From assembly GCA_964587015.1 (NCBI GenBank), contig CAZPKI010000001.1, positions 1 to 47,628 of the forward strand: a stretch of DNA of 47,628 nt. The letters run 5' to 3'. Below are positions 30,280 to 40,181 of the stretch, one piece after another. The position numbers and the translations under genes were made by a program. Below the pieces are notes generated by a model. It saw only the letters and a list, made by a program, of their open reading frames with translations, made no database searches and was not told the DNA's origin. The first letter of the stretch is position 1. Every line of letters begins with the position of its first letter. Source of the stretch: an uncultured Limnohabitans sp. Lineage in GTDB: Bacteria; Bacteroidota; Bacteroidia; Cytophagales; Cyclobacteriaceae.

Positions 30280-33063
30280 GTGTCTAATTCTATCCCAAGC
30301 GAGCATTTCGAAAAACCTATTCTTAGGTACGATCTTCTATTTGAAGAGGGCTTATCGTATGTTCAAAAATATTCAGGGAAAATCTGGACGGATTACAATT
30401 ACCACGATCCTGGGGTTACCTTTTTAGAATACCTTAGTTATGCTTTAACGGATTTAGGGTATCGAACAAACTTTCCCATAGAAGATCTTTTTCTCTTCGG
30501 ATCGGATTCATTTGATTCAATTAAGGAGAACTTACTTTTTGGCCCAGCTGCTGCGTTCAGCAGTAGCCCGTTTACAGTGAATGATTACCGTAAGTTGATC
30601 ATTGATCGAATAAAGCTTGTAGCGAATGCCTGGGTTGTCCCTATCAAGGGAAATAAAATGGGATTGAGAGGGCTTTTTGAAATATTTATTGAGTGTTCTG
30701 AAGAGTTGAGTGATATTGAAGTGCATTACCTCAAAAAGGAGGTGTCAGATCTCTTTTATAAATACAGGCTTGTAGGCCATGATTTGGAAGAGGTGTATAT
30801 CCTCAAAAAGGTTTACCTAAGTGTTGAAGGTGCAATTGTTATTGAATCAGATGCTTTGGGTGAATTGGTTATGGCTAAATTGTATGCGGTTTTAGATAGC
30901 TACATCAATCCCCAAGTGAAGTTTCATGATCCGATGAGGCTTTGGAATGAGCAAGGTATTTCTCCAGAAAACATTTTTACAGGACCACTTCCGAAGTATG
31001 GATTTGTTTTTGATGAAGATTTGACCTCTAAAATTGATGCTATTTATATTTCCCGAATAAAAGAACTTATTCTCTCAGTTGAAGGGGTAAAAGAAATTCG
31101 GAACCTTCAACTTTTCAGAAATGGGCTTCCTGTATTTGATAACTTTGTTCAATTACAAAAAACAGAATTTCCTAGAATCGATTATTTGGACGAACTCACA
31201 GATACTTTTGAAAGTAATCTGAAGCTTTTAAAGAATAATGTAACCTACGAGGTTGACCCAATTATTACCAAACAGTTGCTTTCTACAGAGATCTCCTCAA
31301 GTAATAATTTTTATTACCAGGAGCTTCAATATGAAGAAAAATTGCCATCTAGCCGTTTTTCTTTAGAACAGCTTCGAACACATTTTCCGATTCACAACGA
31401 ACTCCCTGCATTTTTCGGGGTAGGTGTTACTGGTGTTTCCAAAAATGCTCCTAAAGAAATCCAAGCTTCTGCTTTACAGCTATCTGGCTATTTGTATTTT
31501 TTCGAACAGATTATGGCATCCTATTTAACTCAGTTATCAGGATTAAGACAATTGTTTTCGATAAGAGATACTTCCTCTACGTATTTTCATCAGTTGCCAA
31601 CTGCCATCCCTAACCTTGATAAGCTCCTTTCCTCACAAGAGGAAGTAACCAATGCATTGCATGAGTCTGTCGAAAGAATTGAAGAATACTTAGATAGAAA
31701 GAATAGGTTATTAGACCACTTGCTAGCTAGATTCGGGGAGAAACTGGATGAAACCAAACTAAAGAAAATTTGCCGTTCTTCAGACTTGGATTCTTCTGAG
31801 AATTGGGCAAAATCTATACTTCAAACTAAGATTAATTTATTGACCCAACTTATTGAATTGGGACAAAATAAATCAAAAGGCTTTGACGTAAAGGCGATGG
31901 AAATTTGGGATTGCTCAAATTTGTCCAGCATAGAAAAAAGAATTGGATTGACTTTAGGTATCCAAAACATAATTCGGAGAAATATTTCTGCTCCGTTGAT
32001 GGACCATTTCCAAGTGGATAAGTCAAAAGAACAGGTGGGCAATTGGGAATTGGTAGATCTAAAGCTAGACGGACAGGATGGTAAGGTATTTGCTTTGCCT
32101 GCAGCTAATTACGAGGAAGGTTCGATACACTTTTACGGGCAAGGAATATCCTTCGTTAAGGAGATTTTTGAGTTATTGACTTATGAAAAAGGAATTTCCA
32201 TTGCTCATTCAAGTGTTACTAAAAAGCACTTTTTGTTGATGAAGCAAAGGAAATCGGAATTTTCCTCCTTGTTGTTTCAATCTGAAAATCTAGAAGATTG
32301 TGTACTTAAAAAAGACCAACTTTTAGCTAAAATCTCAGAACTAGACGTTCAGTCTGAGGGATTTCATATGATTGAAAATATCCTGCTTCGTCCGCTTGAG
32401 TCAGTTTCATATTTGTTTTCTTTTGTGGATGCAGATGGTGAAGAATATATTGAAGGATTGTATCCAAGTGACATGGAAAGTCAACGTTCCTTAGGAGAAG
32501 ATCTCTTGGGTTTTGGCCTTCAAATTGATAATTACAGTATAGTAGAAGATGAATCTTCACTTACCTATTATATCCAGATCTATAATTTTAGCCATGAACC
32601 TGTTGCGAGATTGAGAAATAATTACAGCTCAAAGCCAGGTGCAAAAAAAGCTATAGATCAAGCGATTCAATTTTTTCAAGATATCCGTAATCGCACTTTG
32701 GCTTCTGAATCAGTTATGGGAGTTAATGTCGTGGGGGGTACAGGAAATAGTTTTCCAGTGGACTTCCAGTTTTCAGATACCTTGAGTTTCATTTTTCCTG
32801 AATGGCCAGTTCGATTTCAAAAATCTGATTTTGTGAATTATTTACATGATCTTATTTCTGAAAACATCTTGGCGCACCAGTCAGCCAAAGTATATTTTGT
32901 CAATGTGGTTGACCTTTACAATTTTGAATCTTTATACTATGAATGGTTGTTTTTGAAAAACCAGGATCAGCTTGATTTGAAGAAAATCGATGTGTTGTCA
33001 TTGCAGCTCATACAGCTCCTGAGAAGTTTCAAAGAAATTTATTCTACTATCAACCATGGCTAA
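30280..33063 (+). CDS. Baseplate protein (Afp12-like)
   Basis: WTDYNYHDPGVTFLEYLSYALTDLGYR, PFTVNDYRKLIID, RLLDHLLARFGE, EGFHMIENILLRP. Confidence 0.9.
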   Translation: MSNSIPSEHFEKPILRYDLLFEEGLSYVQKYSGKIWTDYNYHDPGVTFLEYLSYALTDLGYRTNFPIEDLFLFGSDSFDSIKENLLFGPAAAFSSSPFTVNDYRKLIIDRIKLVANAWVVPIKGNKMGLRGLFEIFIECSEELSDIEVHYLKKEVSDLFYKYRLVGHDLEEVYILKKVYLSVEGAIVIESDALGELVMAKLYAVLDSYINPQVKFHDPMRLWNEQGISPENIFTGPLPKYGFVFDEDLTSKIDAIYISRIKELILSVEGVKEIRNLQLFRNGLPVFDNFVQLQKTEFPRIDYLDELTDTFESNLKLLKNNVTYEVDPIITKQLLSTEISSSNNFYYQELQYEEKLPSSRFSLEQLRTHFPIHNELPAFFGVGVTGVSKNAPKEIQASALQLSGYLYFFEQIMASYLTQLSGLRQLFSIRDTSSTYFHQLPTAIPNLDKLLSSQEEVTNALHESVERIEEYLDRKNRLLDHLLARFGEKLDETKLKKICRSSDLDSSENWAKSILQTKINLLTQLIELGQNKSKGFDVKAMEIWDCSNLSSIEKRIGLTLGIQNIIRRNISAPLMDHFQVDKSKEQVGNWELVDLKLDGQDGKVFALPAANYEEGSIHFYGQGISFVKEIFELLTYEKGISIAHSSVTKKHFLLMKQRKSEFSSLLFQSENLEDCVLKKDQLLAKISELDVQSEGFHMIENILLRPLESVSYLFSFVDADGEEYIEGLYPSDMESQRSLGEDLLGFGLQIDNYSIVEDESSLTYYIQIYNFSHEPVARLRNNYSSKPGAKKAIDQAIQFFQDIRNRTLASESVMGVNVVGGTGNSFPVDFQFSDTLSFIFPEWPVRFQKSDFVNYLHDLISENILAHQSAKVYFVNVVDLYNFESLYYEWLFLKNQDQLDLKKIDVLSLQLIQLLRSFKEIYSTINHG

Positions 33064-36000
33064 CCATGTAGTCAACTCTCTCAATTTTGAGATAAAGGTG
33101 GCTACCAAATCTAGTTTCAAAGTTGTCTCAGAGGAGATATCCGCTTTGGTTAATCAAAACTTGGGAGAACTTATCGATGAGATTTTTTCAGAGATATACC
33201 CAGAGCAACACCTTTTGGTAATTGATAAACTTGAAATTGACCTAGGTCAGTTGAGAATTGACCAATTGCGAGGTGACCTCACACAAAGATTTAGAAACCA
33301 ATTTACCCTAGCTTTTAAGGAGCATTTAAAATCCCTTTCAGTTCAAATTTCTTCATCGGATGAAATCCCTTTTCTTATTTTGGATGGATACATTCGTTCT
33401 GGAGTTCGTCCGCAGTGGTTGCAAGCTAGAGAAGCAAATTTTCAGCAACATCTTGCCAGAGCTTTTGAAAAGAATCCCAGAAGATTTTCAACAAAGATTA
33501 GAGGGTATCTGAGAAATCAGACCTATAAAAAAAGGGTATTGGAAAACTTCTCTGAAGGGATGCTGATGCAGAGTGTACTTGTAGAACACCCTCTGAATAG
33601 CGAAATTCTTTCAGAGGAAATTACCAGATTGAGTGATTTTTTTAGACAACAGTATCGACATCTAGCTCCAAGTTCCAGTTCCATGTTGTTTAAAAACTTG
33701 CTGGCTGGAATCCTGATGTATCCACAAAAAATTAATAAGCTGAGTAGCTTCAGAGCTGCAGTAGCTTCGGAAATGGAGCGGCAGTTTGGTGTAAATGTTG
33801 CTGCATCGTATCAGGAATCAGGCTTTGCAATTGGGTACTCTGAAAACTCCCTAAGTCGGACCTCTAAACTGACACCTGAAATAAAGGAGAAATTAGCACT
33901 TGACCAGCGGAACGTAGAGGACGAAGCTTTGATCCAAAAGTTTCAATTTTTTATGTTCCACGGATATACGCTCACGGACAATAGGAGTACTTCTTATCGG
34001 TATAGGAATATTAACACCTTGTTTTTAACTCTCTTAAACCAAAATTTTGAAGACCTAGTTGAGTTTTTACTTGCTTATGGTAAATCTGCTGCTATCAAAA
34101 GAAGGTTTTTAGATAGTCTATCTCAAGATGCTATTCTAGAATTTTTTGCAAAGGTGGCGCCTCAGAAAAGAAAACTTTTGGAATGGGTAGTAGATGTATT
34201 TGAACAAGTTCAAGAGGATTACCAGCCAATTAACCAAACGCTTATTCAAGTAAAGAAGTCAATCAATGAAATTACCTATGATTTATTCTTAACAAAGAAT
34301 TTACAGTCAATTTCAGATGAAAATTACTTACGGTTTTTATTCAAAAAGACCGCTCAGAAGTATGGAATCAGCTATAAAAACCTACTTTTTCTAACCCTTA
34401 AATCAATCTCCTCAAAAGAAAAAAAATACCGAGTTTTCAATTTCAGTCAAACCTTAGAAGGGCTGTACGCCACAGATATCCTTAGAAAAAAAGGATTCAG
34501 AGTTGGGGATTTGATTTTTTCTTCAAAGAGATTGGATGAAAAAGAATTCCGGGACGACTTAAGTACTAAGGAAAAATACATTTCCATTTTTTCAAAGTTT
34601 TATGTTGCCAATTATGGATCCTTACCTGAAGAGGTAATTAACTGGCTGCGCACTAGAATAGATGCTATCTCATTTAATAGCCCTAAACAACTTCTTGAGC
34701 TATGGAAAGAGTTTGGAAAAAAATACAAGTTTAAGGATGAACCCCTCTCTTTTTATGCTCTTTTGAAGGAAAAAGGAGTTGAGGTGAATGATTTGATTCG
34801 GCCTTCAAAAAAAGAGGATAAGCAAGAGTGGAAGGCAAACTTTAAATCTAAAGAAGAGTTAATTTCTTTATTATCAAGTTTTTATAAAGAAAATAACAAA
34901 GACGTACCAGTCGCTGTGACTGACTGGCTGGGCATCAAGGTCAAATCCATTTCCTTGACTAATCCTACTCAACTTTTAGAGCTGTGGAAGGAATTTGTAA
35001 AAAAATACAAGCTAAAGGATCATACCCTCTCTTTTTCTACTCTTTTGAAGGAAAAAGGAGTTGAGGTCAGTGATTTGATCCGGACTTCGAAAAAAGGTGA
35101 GGAGCAAGAGTGGAAGGCAAACTTTAAAAATAAAGAGGAGTTAATTTCTATATTATCAAGTTTCTATAAAGAAAATCATACAACACCCCCAGTCGGTGTA
35201 GTGGATTGGCTACGGATCAAGGTACAGTCCATCTCTTTGACTAGTTCCACGCAAATGCTCGAGCTGTGGAAGGAATTTGTAAAAAAATATAAGCTTAAGG
35301 TGGACAGCTTATCCTTTTCTGCTCTTTTGAAGGAGAATGGATTTAAAATTGGTGATTCGATTCGGCCATCAAAGAATGTCGATGAGCGTGAGTGGAAGTC
35401 AAATTTTCAAAATAAAGAGGAGTTAATTTCTTTGTTTTCAAGTTTGTACCGGGAACAATTCGGAGCACTGCCCACAGAAGTATCTTCTTGGCTTCGAACT
35501 AGGCTAAAAGACCTAGCATTGGATCAATCTTCATCCCTTTTTGAGCTTTGGGAGGACTTTGCCCAAACTTATTCGCTTCCTGTGGGAGATCTATTGATTC
35601 CTATTTTATTGGAAAGAAATGTGAATCCTAGCATCAAATTGACTGTTGCTGAGTTCAATTATTGGGTTAAAAAGTACAGTATACAGGGGATTTATCCTTC
35701 CAAACCTACTGATGCAGTTCAACTACTTTCCTATTTGCTTACCCATAAAAAAGTGGTTTCGATCGATTCGGCTAAAAAAATTGCTGCTGGACTTTTGATT
35801 TCACTCGCGAGTAGTAAGGCAGCGTTTATAAAGGTGGCCGAGCTCATTCGCCCAAGACTAGCGCCCTCCATTCCTGGATTTATAGTTTGGATTGACCAAC
35901 TTCTTAAAGAAAATAATGCGGAAGCATTGGAAGGAAGGGTTTACATCTGGCTCTACCATCAATTTATTTTGTTGCCTTCAAATCAACTCACTGTGGCTTC

Positions 36001-38737
36001 ATTGCAAGATAAGGTCAGTCATTTTTTGCAATTGAATAAAGATGGGGCGAGTTGGTCCGATGCCAATGGATTTATAGCGACATCGATGCGGATGTCCTCA
36101 CAAAAAAGAAGGCAGCGAAGTCTTTCTTCAAAAATGATTGCTCGAATTTTTTCTATTTTAGGAACTCGGGAGGTGTATGCAATTTTTTCAGAGGCCAAAA
36201 GGTATGATGAAGAAATCCTACTTAAACTGCTGATAAATAAATACTCCAAGTCTTTTTACCAGCTGCTTGACACGCATCGATTCAACTCTGAATTTCAAGA
36301 TGCAATTCTTGTGCAGGCACCCAAATGGCTTAAAAAGCAAATTATAGATTATTTACTCCAAAGATCATCTTTCGATTGGAACAGCAGCCTCTCGGCTATA
36401 AAGTTCTATTTTGAAGAAAATAAGTGGATTAAGTTGGATGGGGCTTCATTTGAAAGCCTTATCGAAATCACGCTATGGAGGCAAATTTTTGACCCAAATC
36501 CTGTATTGTTAGAGGAGCTAATCCTAGAGCTTCTAAATAAAGCGATGGATTCACGCCTGCTTACTCCGAAGTTTTGGAAAGATTTAAAAGTATATGTCCA
36601 GGTAGGTAGGCAAGTAAAGGAAAATAATTCCATTGTTTCCCTGTCAAAGTTGGAAGGTTTGGATGGTTTTGAAATCCTTGTTTCCCGAACTGGTTTTCAA
36701 AAGGAGGAGGCCTCAATTTTACCAATTTTAGAAGGGTTGGTCTATGATGCAGTATTTCCTGTTGGCCACACCTTTGAAGGAAGTCCTGCAGAGGAATATG
36801 GCGATTACATCAGTAAGCTAGTTTTAGACAATAGAAATGAATTTTTGAATCTATTCTCCAAAGTAAAGTCTCCTATTTTAAGTAGGAGATTCATAAACCT
36901 TTTGGAATATAAGGGATTACTGCTGCTAATTAAAGAGAAACACAAGCGAGATGGTTTGGCGATTTCAATGACCCAGCTTGAAAGAATTGTGAAGGCTTTC
37001 GGGGTTCGAGAGCAAGGAAAAGTTGAGGTTTTTTTACGAGCCTGGCTTGTTTATCTTTTTCATACTGGCACGACCCAATTGCCTGCCGTCAAACTTGTGG
37101 GAGCAGTGGCTACACTTTTGTTGGAAGAGGGTGTTTTAGATAAAGTGAATCTCGACCTCAGCAAAAGTTTCGATTCTTTAGCTAGTCAGTTTAAATGGAC
37201 TGAGGCAGAAAAAAAGTATTTCTTTGAATTGGGCCAAAATTGGGCAGATGAATCTCTTATTTCTCCGCTATCTTCTGAATTAGTAGGAGAGGATACCCTA
37301 GTAGCCTATTTGAAGCAAGGTCAGGATCCTTTTTTTAAGCAGATGAAGGGGAGTGGATTTTTCACTATTTGGTTGAATTTGTTTTTTGAAATAGCCTCAG
37401 CCGCTTCCATAAAATCATTTGTAGCGCTTTTCAAGAATAGCTTCTATGTGAATAGTTACGAAACGAATAAAAAGTATGAACTATTTTTTCAACGTTTCTT
37501 TCAACTAAAAGAGGGGTATGATTCTTTTCGACAGGCACTTGCCTCGAACCCCAAACTTTGGTTAGAGTTTCGGAAGAACAATCCCAATCTTTTTAAGGAA
37601 ATAGATCTAGGGGTTGAGGCAAAGAAAAAGCCGATGGAACTTCTAGAGCTTCTTCAATTTTACATTACCTATGGAGCGCTACCCAAAGAGGAGGGTAGTT
37701 TGCAAGCCTTTTCCAAACGCTTGATTGGCCTTAAAGGTGGTGATTTAGATAAAGTTCGAAACCTGTTTCTTACCAGCTTGGTAGCCACCAATAAAAAGAA
37801 AAACTTGTTAAAGCTACTTCGGTATGTGGAAGAGAAGTGGTTTTTTGTGCTTTTGCATCCAAAGCTCTACGGTGAACTTGATCTCTTAGTCGAAGAAGTG
37901 AGGAAGAGGACGGGTAGTAATCTTTATGCAGATTTGCGGATTCTCGATAAAGTAGATCGTATTCTGTTTTTTGCGGAAGCTTTTTCCAAATATGGACTTC
38001 CTTCAAAGCATGTAATCGAACTTATATTACCCATTTTCGAACAGTGGATGGAGACTAAAAGTGCTTCCGTGATCGCTGCGATCTTTATAGGTACTGAGCC
38101 CAAATCTGAATTGTTAGTTTTGATCCAGCATACCAGCCGAAAAGTGAAAAAGATTATCGAGGAAGAATTGGAAAAGAATGAAGAGGAAGTTGAAGAAGAA
38201 CCTGTTGTCCCAGAGCCTGAAGAGCTTGATTTTGGAATAGGTGTTTCCGTATACAATGCGGGTATGATCTTGTGCTGGCCATTTTTCGGTAGATTCTTTG
38301 CCGCACTCGGATTGGTGGAGCAGGGAAAATTTAAAGGGCAGCAAGCTGAAGAACGAGCAGTTCAGTTGCTTCAATACTTGGCAACTGGGCTGACTGAGTT
38401 TGAGGAATGGGATCTAAGTTTGAATAAAGTCCTGTGCGGTGTTCCCATGAATACCCCAATAGCGCCTAGTTTTGAAATTACTTTGGAAGAAGAGGAGATG
38501 GTGAATAAATTGATTAACGGCACGATATTTAATTGGGAAAAAATGAGAGGTACTCGATTAGAAACCTTTAGAGAGACCTTTTTTATGCGTACGGGAATGT
38601 TGTACGAAAAGGACAACCGTTGGGAATTAATTGTAGAGCGAAAAGCTTATGATCTACTTTTGGATACGCTAACTTGGAATATTACCATGATAAATTTAAG
38701 TTGGATGAAGAAAAGATTGAATGTGCAATGGAAATGA
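33056..38737 (+). CDS. CIS tape measure protein (Afp14-like), 1893 aa
   Basis: N-terminal IDKLEIDLG; C-terminal CIS_TMP-type domain (NAGMILCWPF, LLQYLATG, LNKVLCG, AYDLLLD..W); directly upstream of the ATPase. Confidence 0.9.
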   Translation: MANHVVNSLNFEIKVATKSSFKVVSEEISALVNQNLGELIDEIFSEIYPEQHLLVIDKLEIDLGQLRIDQLRGDLTQRFRNQFTLAFKEHLKSLSVQISSSDEIPFLILDGYIRSGVRPQWLQAREANFQQHLARAFEKNPRRFSTKIRGYLRNQTYKKRVLENFSEGMLMQSVLVEHPLNSEILSEEITRLSDFFRQQYRHLAPSSSSMLFKNLLAGILMYPQKINKLSSFRAAVASEMERQFGVNVAASYQESGFAIGYSENSLSRTSKLTPEIKEKLALDQRNVEDEALIQKFQFFMFHGYTLTDNRSTSYRYRNINTLFLTLLNQNFEDLVEFLLAYGKSAAIKRRFLDSLSQDAILEFFAKVAPQKRKLLEWVVDVFEQVQEDYQPINQTLIQVKKSINEITYDLFLTKNLQSISDENYLRFLFKKTAQKYGISYKNLLFLTLKSISSKEKKYRVFNFSQTLEGLYATDILRKKGFRVGDLIFSSKRLDEKEFRDDLSTKEKYISIFSKFYVANYGSLPEEVINWLRTRIDAISFNSPKQLLELWKEFGKKYKFKDEPLSFYALLKEKGVEVNDLIRPSKKEDKQEWKANFKSKEELISLLSSFYKENNKDVPVAVTDWLGIKVKSISLTNPTQLLELWKEFVKKYKLKDHTLSFSTLLKEKGVEVSDLIRTSKKGEEQEWKANFKNKEELISILSSFYKENHTTPPVGVVDWLRIKVQSISLTSSTQMLELWKEFVKKYKLKVDSLSFSALLKENGFKIGDSIRPSKNVDEREWKSNFQNKEELISLFSSLYREQFGALPTEVSSWLRTRLKDLALDQSSSLFELWEDFAQTYSLPVGDLLIPILLERNVNPSIKLTVAEFNYWVKKYSIQGIYPSKPTDAVQLLSYLLTHKKVVSIDSAKKIAAGLLISLASSKAAFIKVAELIRPRLAPSIPGFIVWIDQLLKENNAEALEGRVYIWLYHQFILLPSNQLTVASLQDKVSHFLQLNKDGASWSDANGFIATSMRMSSQKRRQRSLSSKMIARIFSILGTREVYAIFSEAKRYDEEILLKLLINKYSKSFYQLLDTHRFNSEFQDAILVQAPKWLKKQIIDYLLQRSSFDWNSSLSAIKFYFEENKWIKLDGASFESLIEITLWRQIFDPNPVLLEELILELLNKAMDSRLLTPKFWKDLKVYVQVGRQVKENNSIVSLSKLEGLDGFEILVSRTGFQKEEASILPILEGLVYDAVFPVGHTFEGSPAEEYGDYISKLVLDNRNEFLNLFSKVKSPILSRRFINLLEYKGLLLLIKEKHKRDGLAISMTQLERIVKAFGVREQGKVEVFLRAWLVYLFHTGTTQLPAVKLVGAVATLLLEEGVLDKVNLDLSKSFDSLASQFKWTEAEKKYFFELGQNWADESLISPLSSELVGEDTLVAYLKQGQDPFFKQMKGSGFFTIWLNLFFEIASAASIKSFVALFKNSFYVNSYETNKKYELFFQRFFQLKEGYDSFRQALASNPKLWLEFRKNNPNLFKEIDLGVEAKKKPMELLELLQFYITYGALPKEEGSLQAFSKRLIGLKGGDLDKVRNLFLTSLVATNKKKNLLKLLRYVEEKWFFVLLHPKLYGELDLLVEEVRKRTGSNLYADLRILDKVDRILFFAEAFSKYGLPSKHVIELILPIFEQWMETKSASVIAAIFIGTEPKSELLVLIQHTSRKVKKIIEEELEKNEEEVEEEPVVPEPEELDFGIGVSVYNAGMILCWPFFGRFFAALGLVEQGKFKGQQAEERAVQLLQYLATGLTEFEEWDLSLNKVLCGVPMNTPIAPSFEITLEEEEMVNKLINGTIFNWEKMRGTRLETFRETFFMRTGMLYEKDNRWELIVERKAYDLLLDTLTWNITMINLSWMKKRLNVQWK
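34478..35605 (+). repeat. Four in-frame tandem repeats of 282 nt (94 aa) in the tape measure gene
   Basis: TTTTGAAGGA recurs at 34761, 35043 and 35325 (282-nt spacing), with a diverged first copy at ~34479. Protein units L(L/R)K.(K/N)G...D.I..SK...KE..IS..S.(F/L)Y...WL...ELW..F. Confidence 0.93.
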
Positions 38738-40077
38738 AAGCGGATACTGAAAAGTTGATTCGACCTATTTTGCAAGATCTTGCTTGGTTAGAATCTATCT
38801 TGGATCTACGGATGAATACCTATTTTGAGGATTCAACTACTGAGTTCATTTTCCCAGATCCTCCTACCTGGCTAGGGGAAAAGACACCTTATTCCCAATT
38901 TATAAGTGAGCACAAATTGAATTTCACAGAGCGGGTTGTGTTTTTGATGAGTATGGTTCCTATCCTTAGTCCTCAATCCTTTGACTGCTTTTTTATTCAG
39001 AACAAGTCCATTGGAAGACCTTTTTCAGAATTTGGTGGAGTAGAGTCCAAGTCTCACAAGGGATTCATTCCTACCGTGGAAACAGCCAATTTTGTCTTAA
39101 ATGGGAAGGATATATTTAAAAGACTTGATTTGTACAAGGTCTTTTCGGAAGATCATTTTTTCTCTAAGTTTCAAGTGCTCAGTTTGAAGAAAAACTCTGA
39201 AACCGAATCGTTTTGGTCCAATAGCTTGCAGATTAATGAAGATTTTTTTTACCACTTGATTTCGGGAGAAAAGTTGGCACCAAAATTTTCCTCAGAATTT
39301 CCAGCCAAAGAGATTACCACTCGATTGCAAATCAATGATTTAGTGCTCAACAAGCAGTTGATGGATGAGTTGGATTTAATTTTAAACTGGATTCAAGTTA
39401 GGGAAGAGATAAAATCCTCTGAAAAGTTGCGAAAAAGTTTCAGAACAGGCTATAGAGCCTTATTTTATGGTCCCCCAGGTACAGGAAAGTCCCTTACAGC
39501 AGCCATACTTGGTAAAAGTTATGATTTACCCGTTTACCGAATTGACTTGTCTCAAGTCGTATCTAAATACATTGGGGAAACCGAAAAAAACCTTTCTAGG
39601 CTTTTGGATATAGCAGAGCATAAAAATTGGGTGTTATTTTTTGATGAAGCGGACTCCCTTTTCTCTAAGCGAACAGAAGTAAACGATTCAAAAGATAAAT
39701 ATGCAAATCAGGGCACTTCTTACCTGCTTCAGCGGTTGGAAGAATACGATGGATTAGTCATTTTGGCGACCAATCTTCGGCCGAATATTGATCGCGCATT
39801 TATTAGGCGCTTTCAATCCATTCTCTATTTCAACCTACCAACTGTAGATGAACGGATAAAATTATGGGAAAATTCGTTGAAAAATTTCACCATTTCTAAG
39901 GATGTTTCCATAAAGAAAATAGCCGAGAAATATGAAGTCTCTGGTGCATCTATAGGTAACGCCATTCAATTCTCTTGGTTGAGCTCTAAGCGGGATCTTA
40001 GAAATGAGATTTCTGCCTTAGATATTGAGGCAGGGCTCTTGCGTGAGATGGCTAAAGAAGGTAGGGCGGTAAAATAG
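38734..40077 (+). CDS. CIS AAA+ ATPase (Afp15-like)
   Basis: Walker A GPPGTGKS, VSKYIGETEKNL, Walker B LFFDEAD, SYLLQRLE, DRAFIRRF. ATG at 38734 overlaps the TMP stop (ATGA). Confidence 0.93.
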   Translation: MKADTEKLIRPILQDLAWLESILDLRMNTYFEDSTTEFIFPDPPTWLGEKTPYSQFISEHKLNFTERVVFLMSMVPILSPQSFDCFFIQNKSIGRPFSEFGGVESKSHKGFIPTVETANFVLNGKDIFKRLDLYKVFSEDHFFSKFQVLSLKKNSETESFWSNSLQINEDFFYHLISGEKLAPKFSSEFPAKEITTRLQINDLVLNKQLMDELDLILNWIQVREEIKSSEKLRKSFRTGYRALFYGPPGTGKSLTAAILGKSYDLPVYRIDLSQVVSKYIGETEKNLSRLLDIAEHKNWVLFFDEADSLFSKRTEVNDSKDKYANQGTSYLLQRLEEYDGLVILATNLRPNIDRAFIRRFQSILYFNLPTVDERIKLWENSLKNFTISKDVSIKKIAEKYEVSGASIGNAIQFSWLSSKRDLRNEISALDIEAGLLREMAKEGRAVK

Positions 40078-40181
40078 CGAGTACCCGAAATCATAATTTA
40101 ACTAAAGGAGTAATTTCTCTTTAAGAAACCTTAGATTGAGACATATTTGAACCAGTGAATCACCTATCAGTTTAGCCTAAA

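Larger units (their letters stand above)
17565..40077 (+). other. Contractile injection system gene cluster (eCIS; Afp/PVC/AlgoCIS-like)
   Basis: Co-oriented sheath, two gp19-like tube genes, DUF4255 cap, LysM, VgrG, gp25, two baseplate genes, CIS tape measure and Afp15-like ATPase. No capsid, portal, terminase or integrase. Confidence 0.95.

Noticed and set aside
34478-35605. Possible CRISPR array or non-coding repeat
   Set aside because: In-frame 282-nt coding units without spacers; no cas genes.
38674-38733. TTG-initiated N-terminal extension of the ATPase in the ORF track
   Set aside because: Overlaps the conserved TMP C-terminus; the ATGA-coupled start at 38734 is more plausible.
17565-40077. 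Prophage or canonical Bacteroidota T6SS-iii
   Set aside because: No capsid, portal, terminase or integrase; no TssB/TssC split sheath, ClpV or TssN. DUF4255, CIS TMP and an Afp15-type ATPase indicate eCIS.
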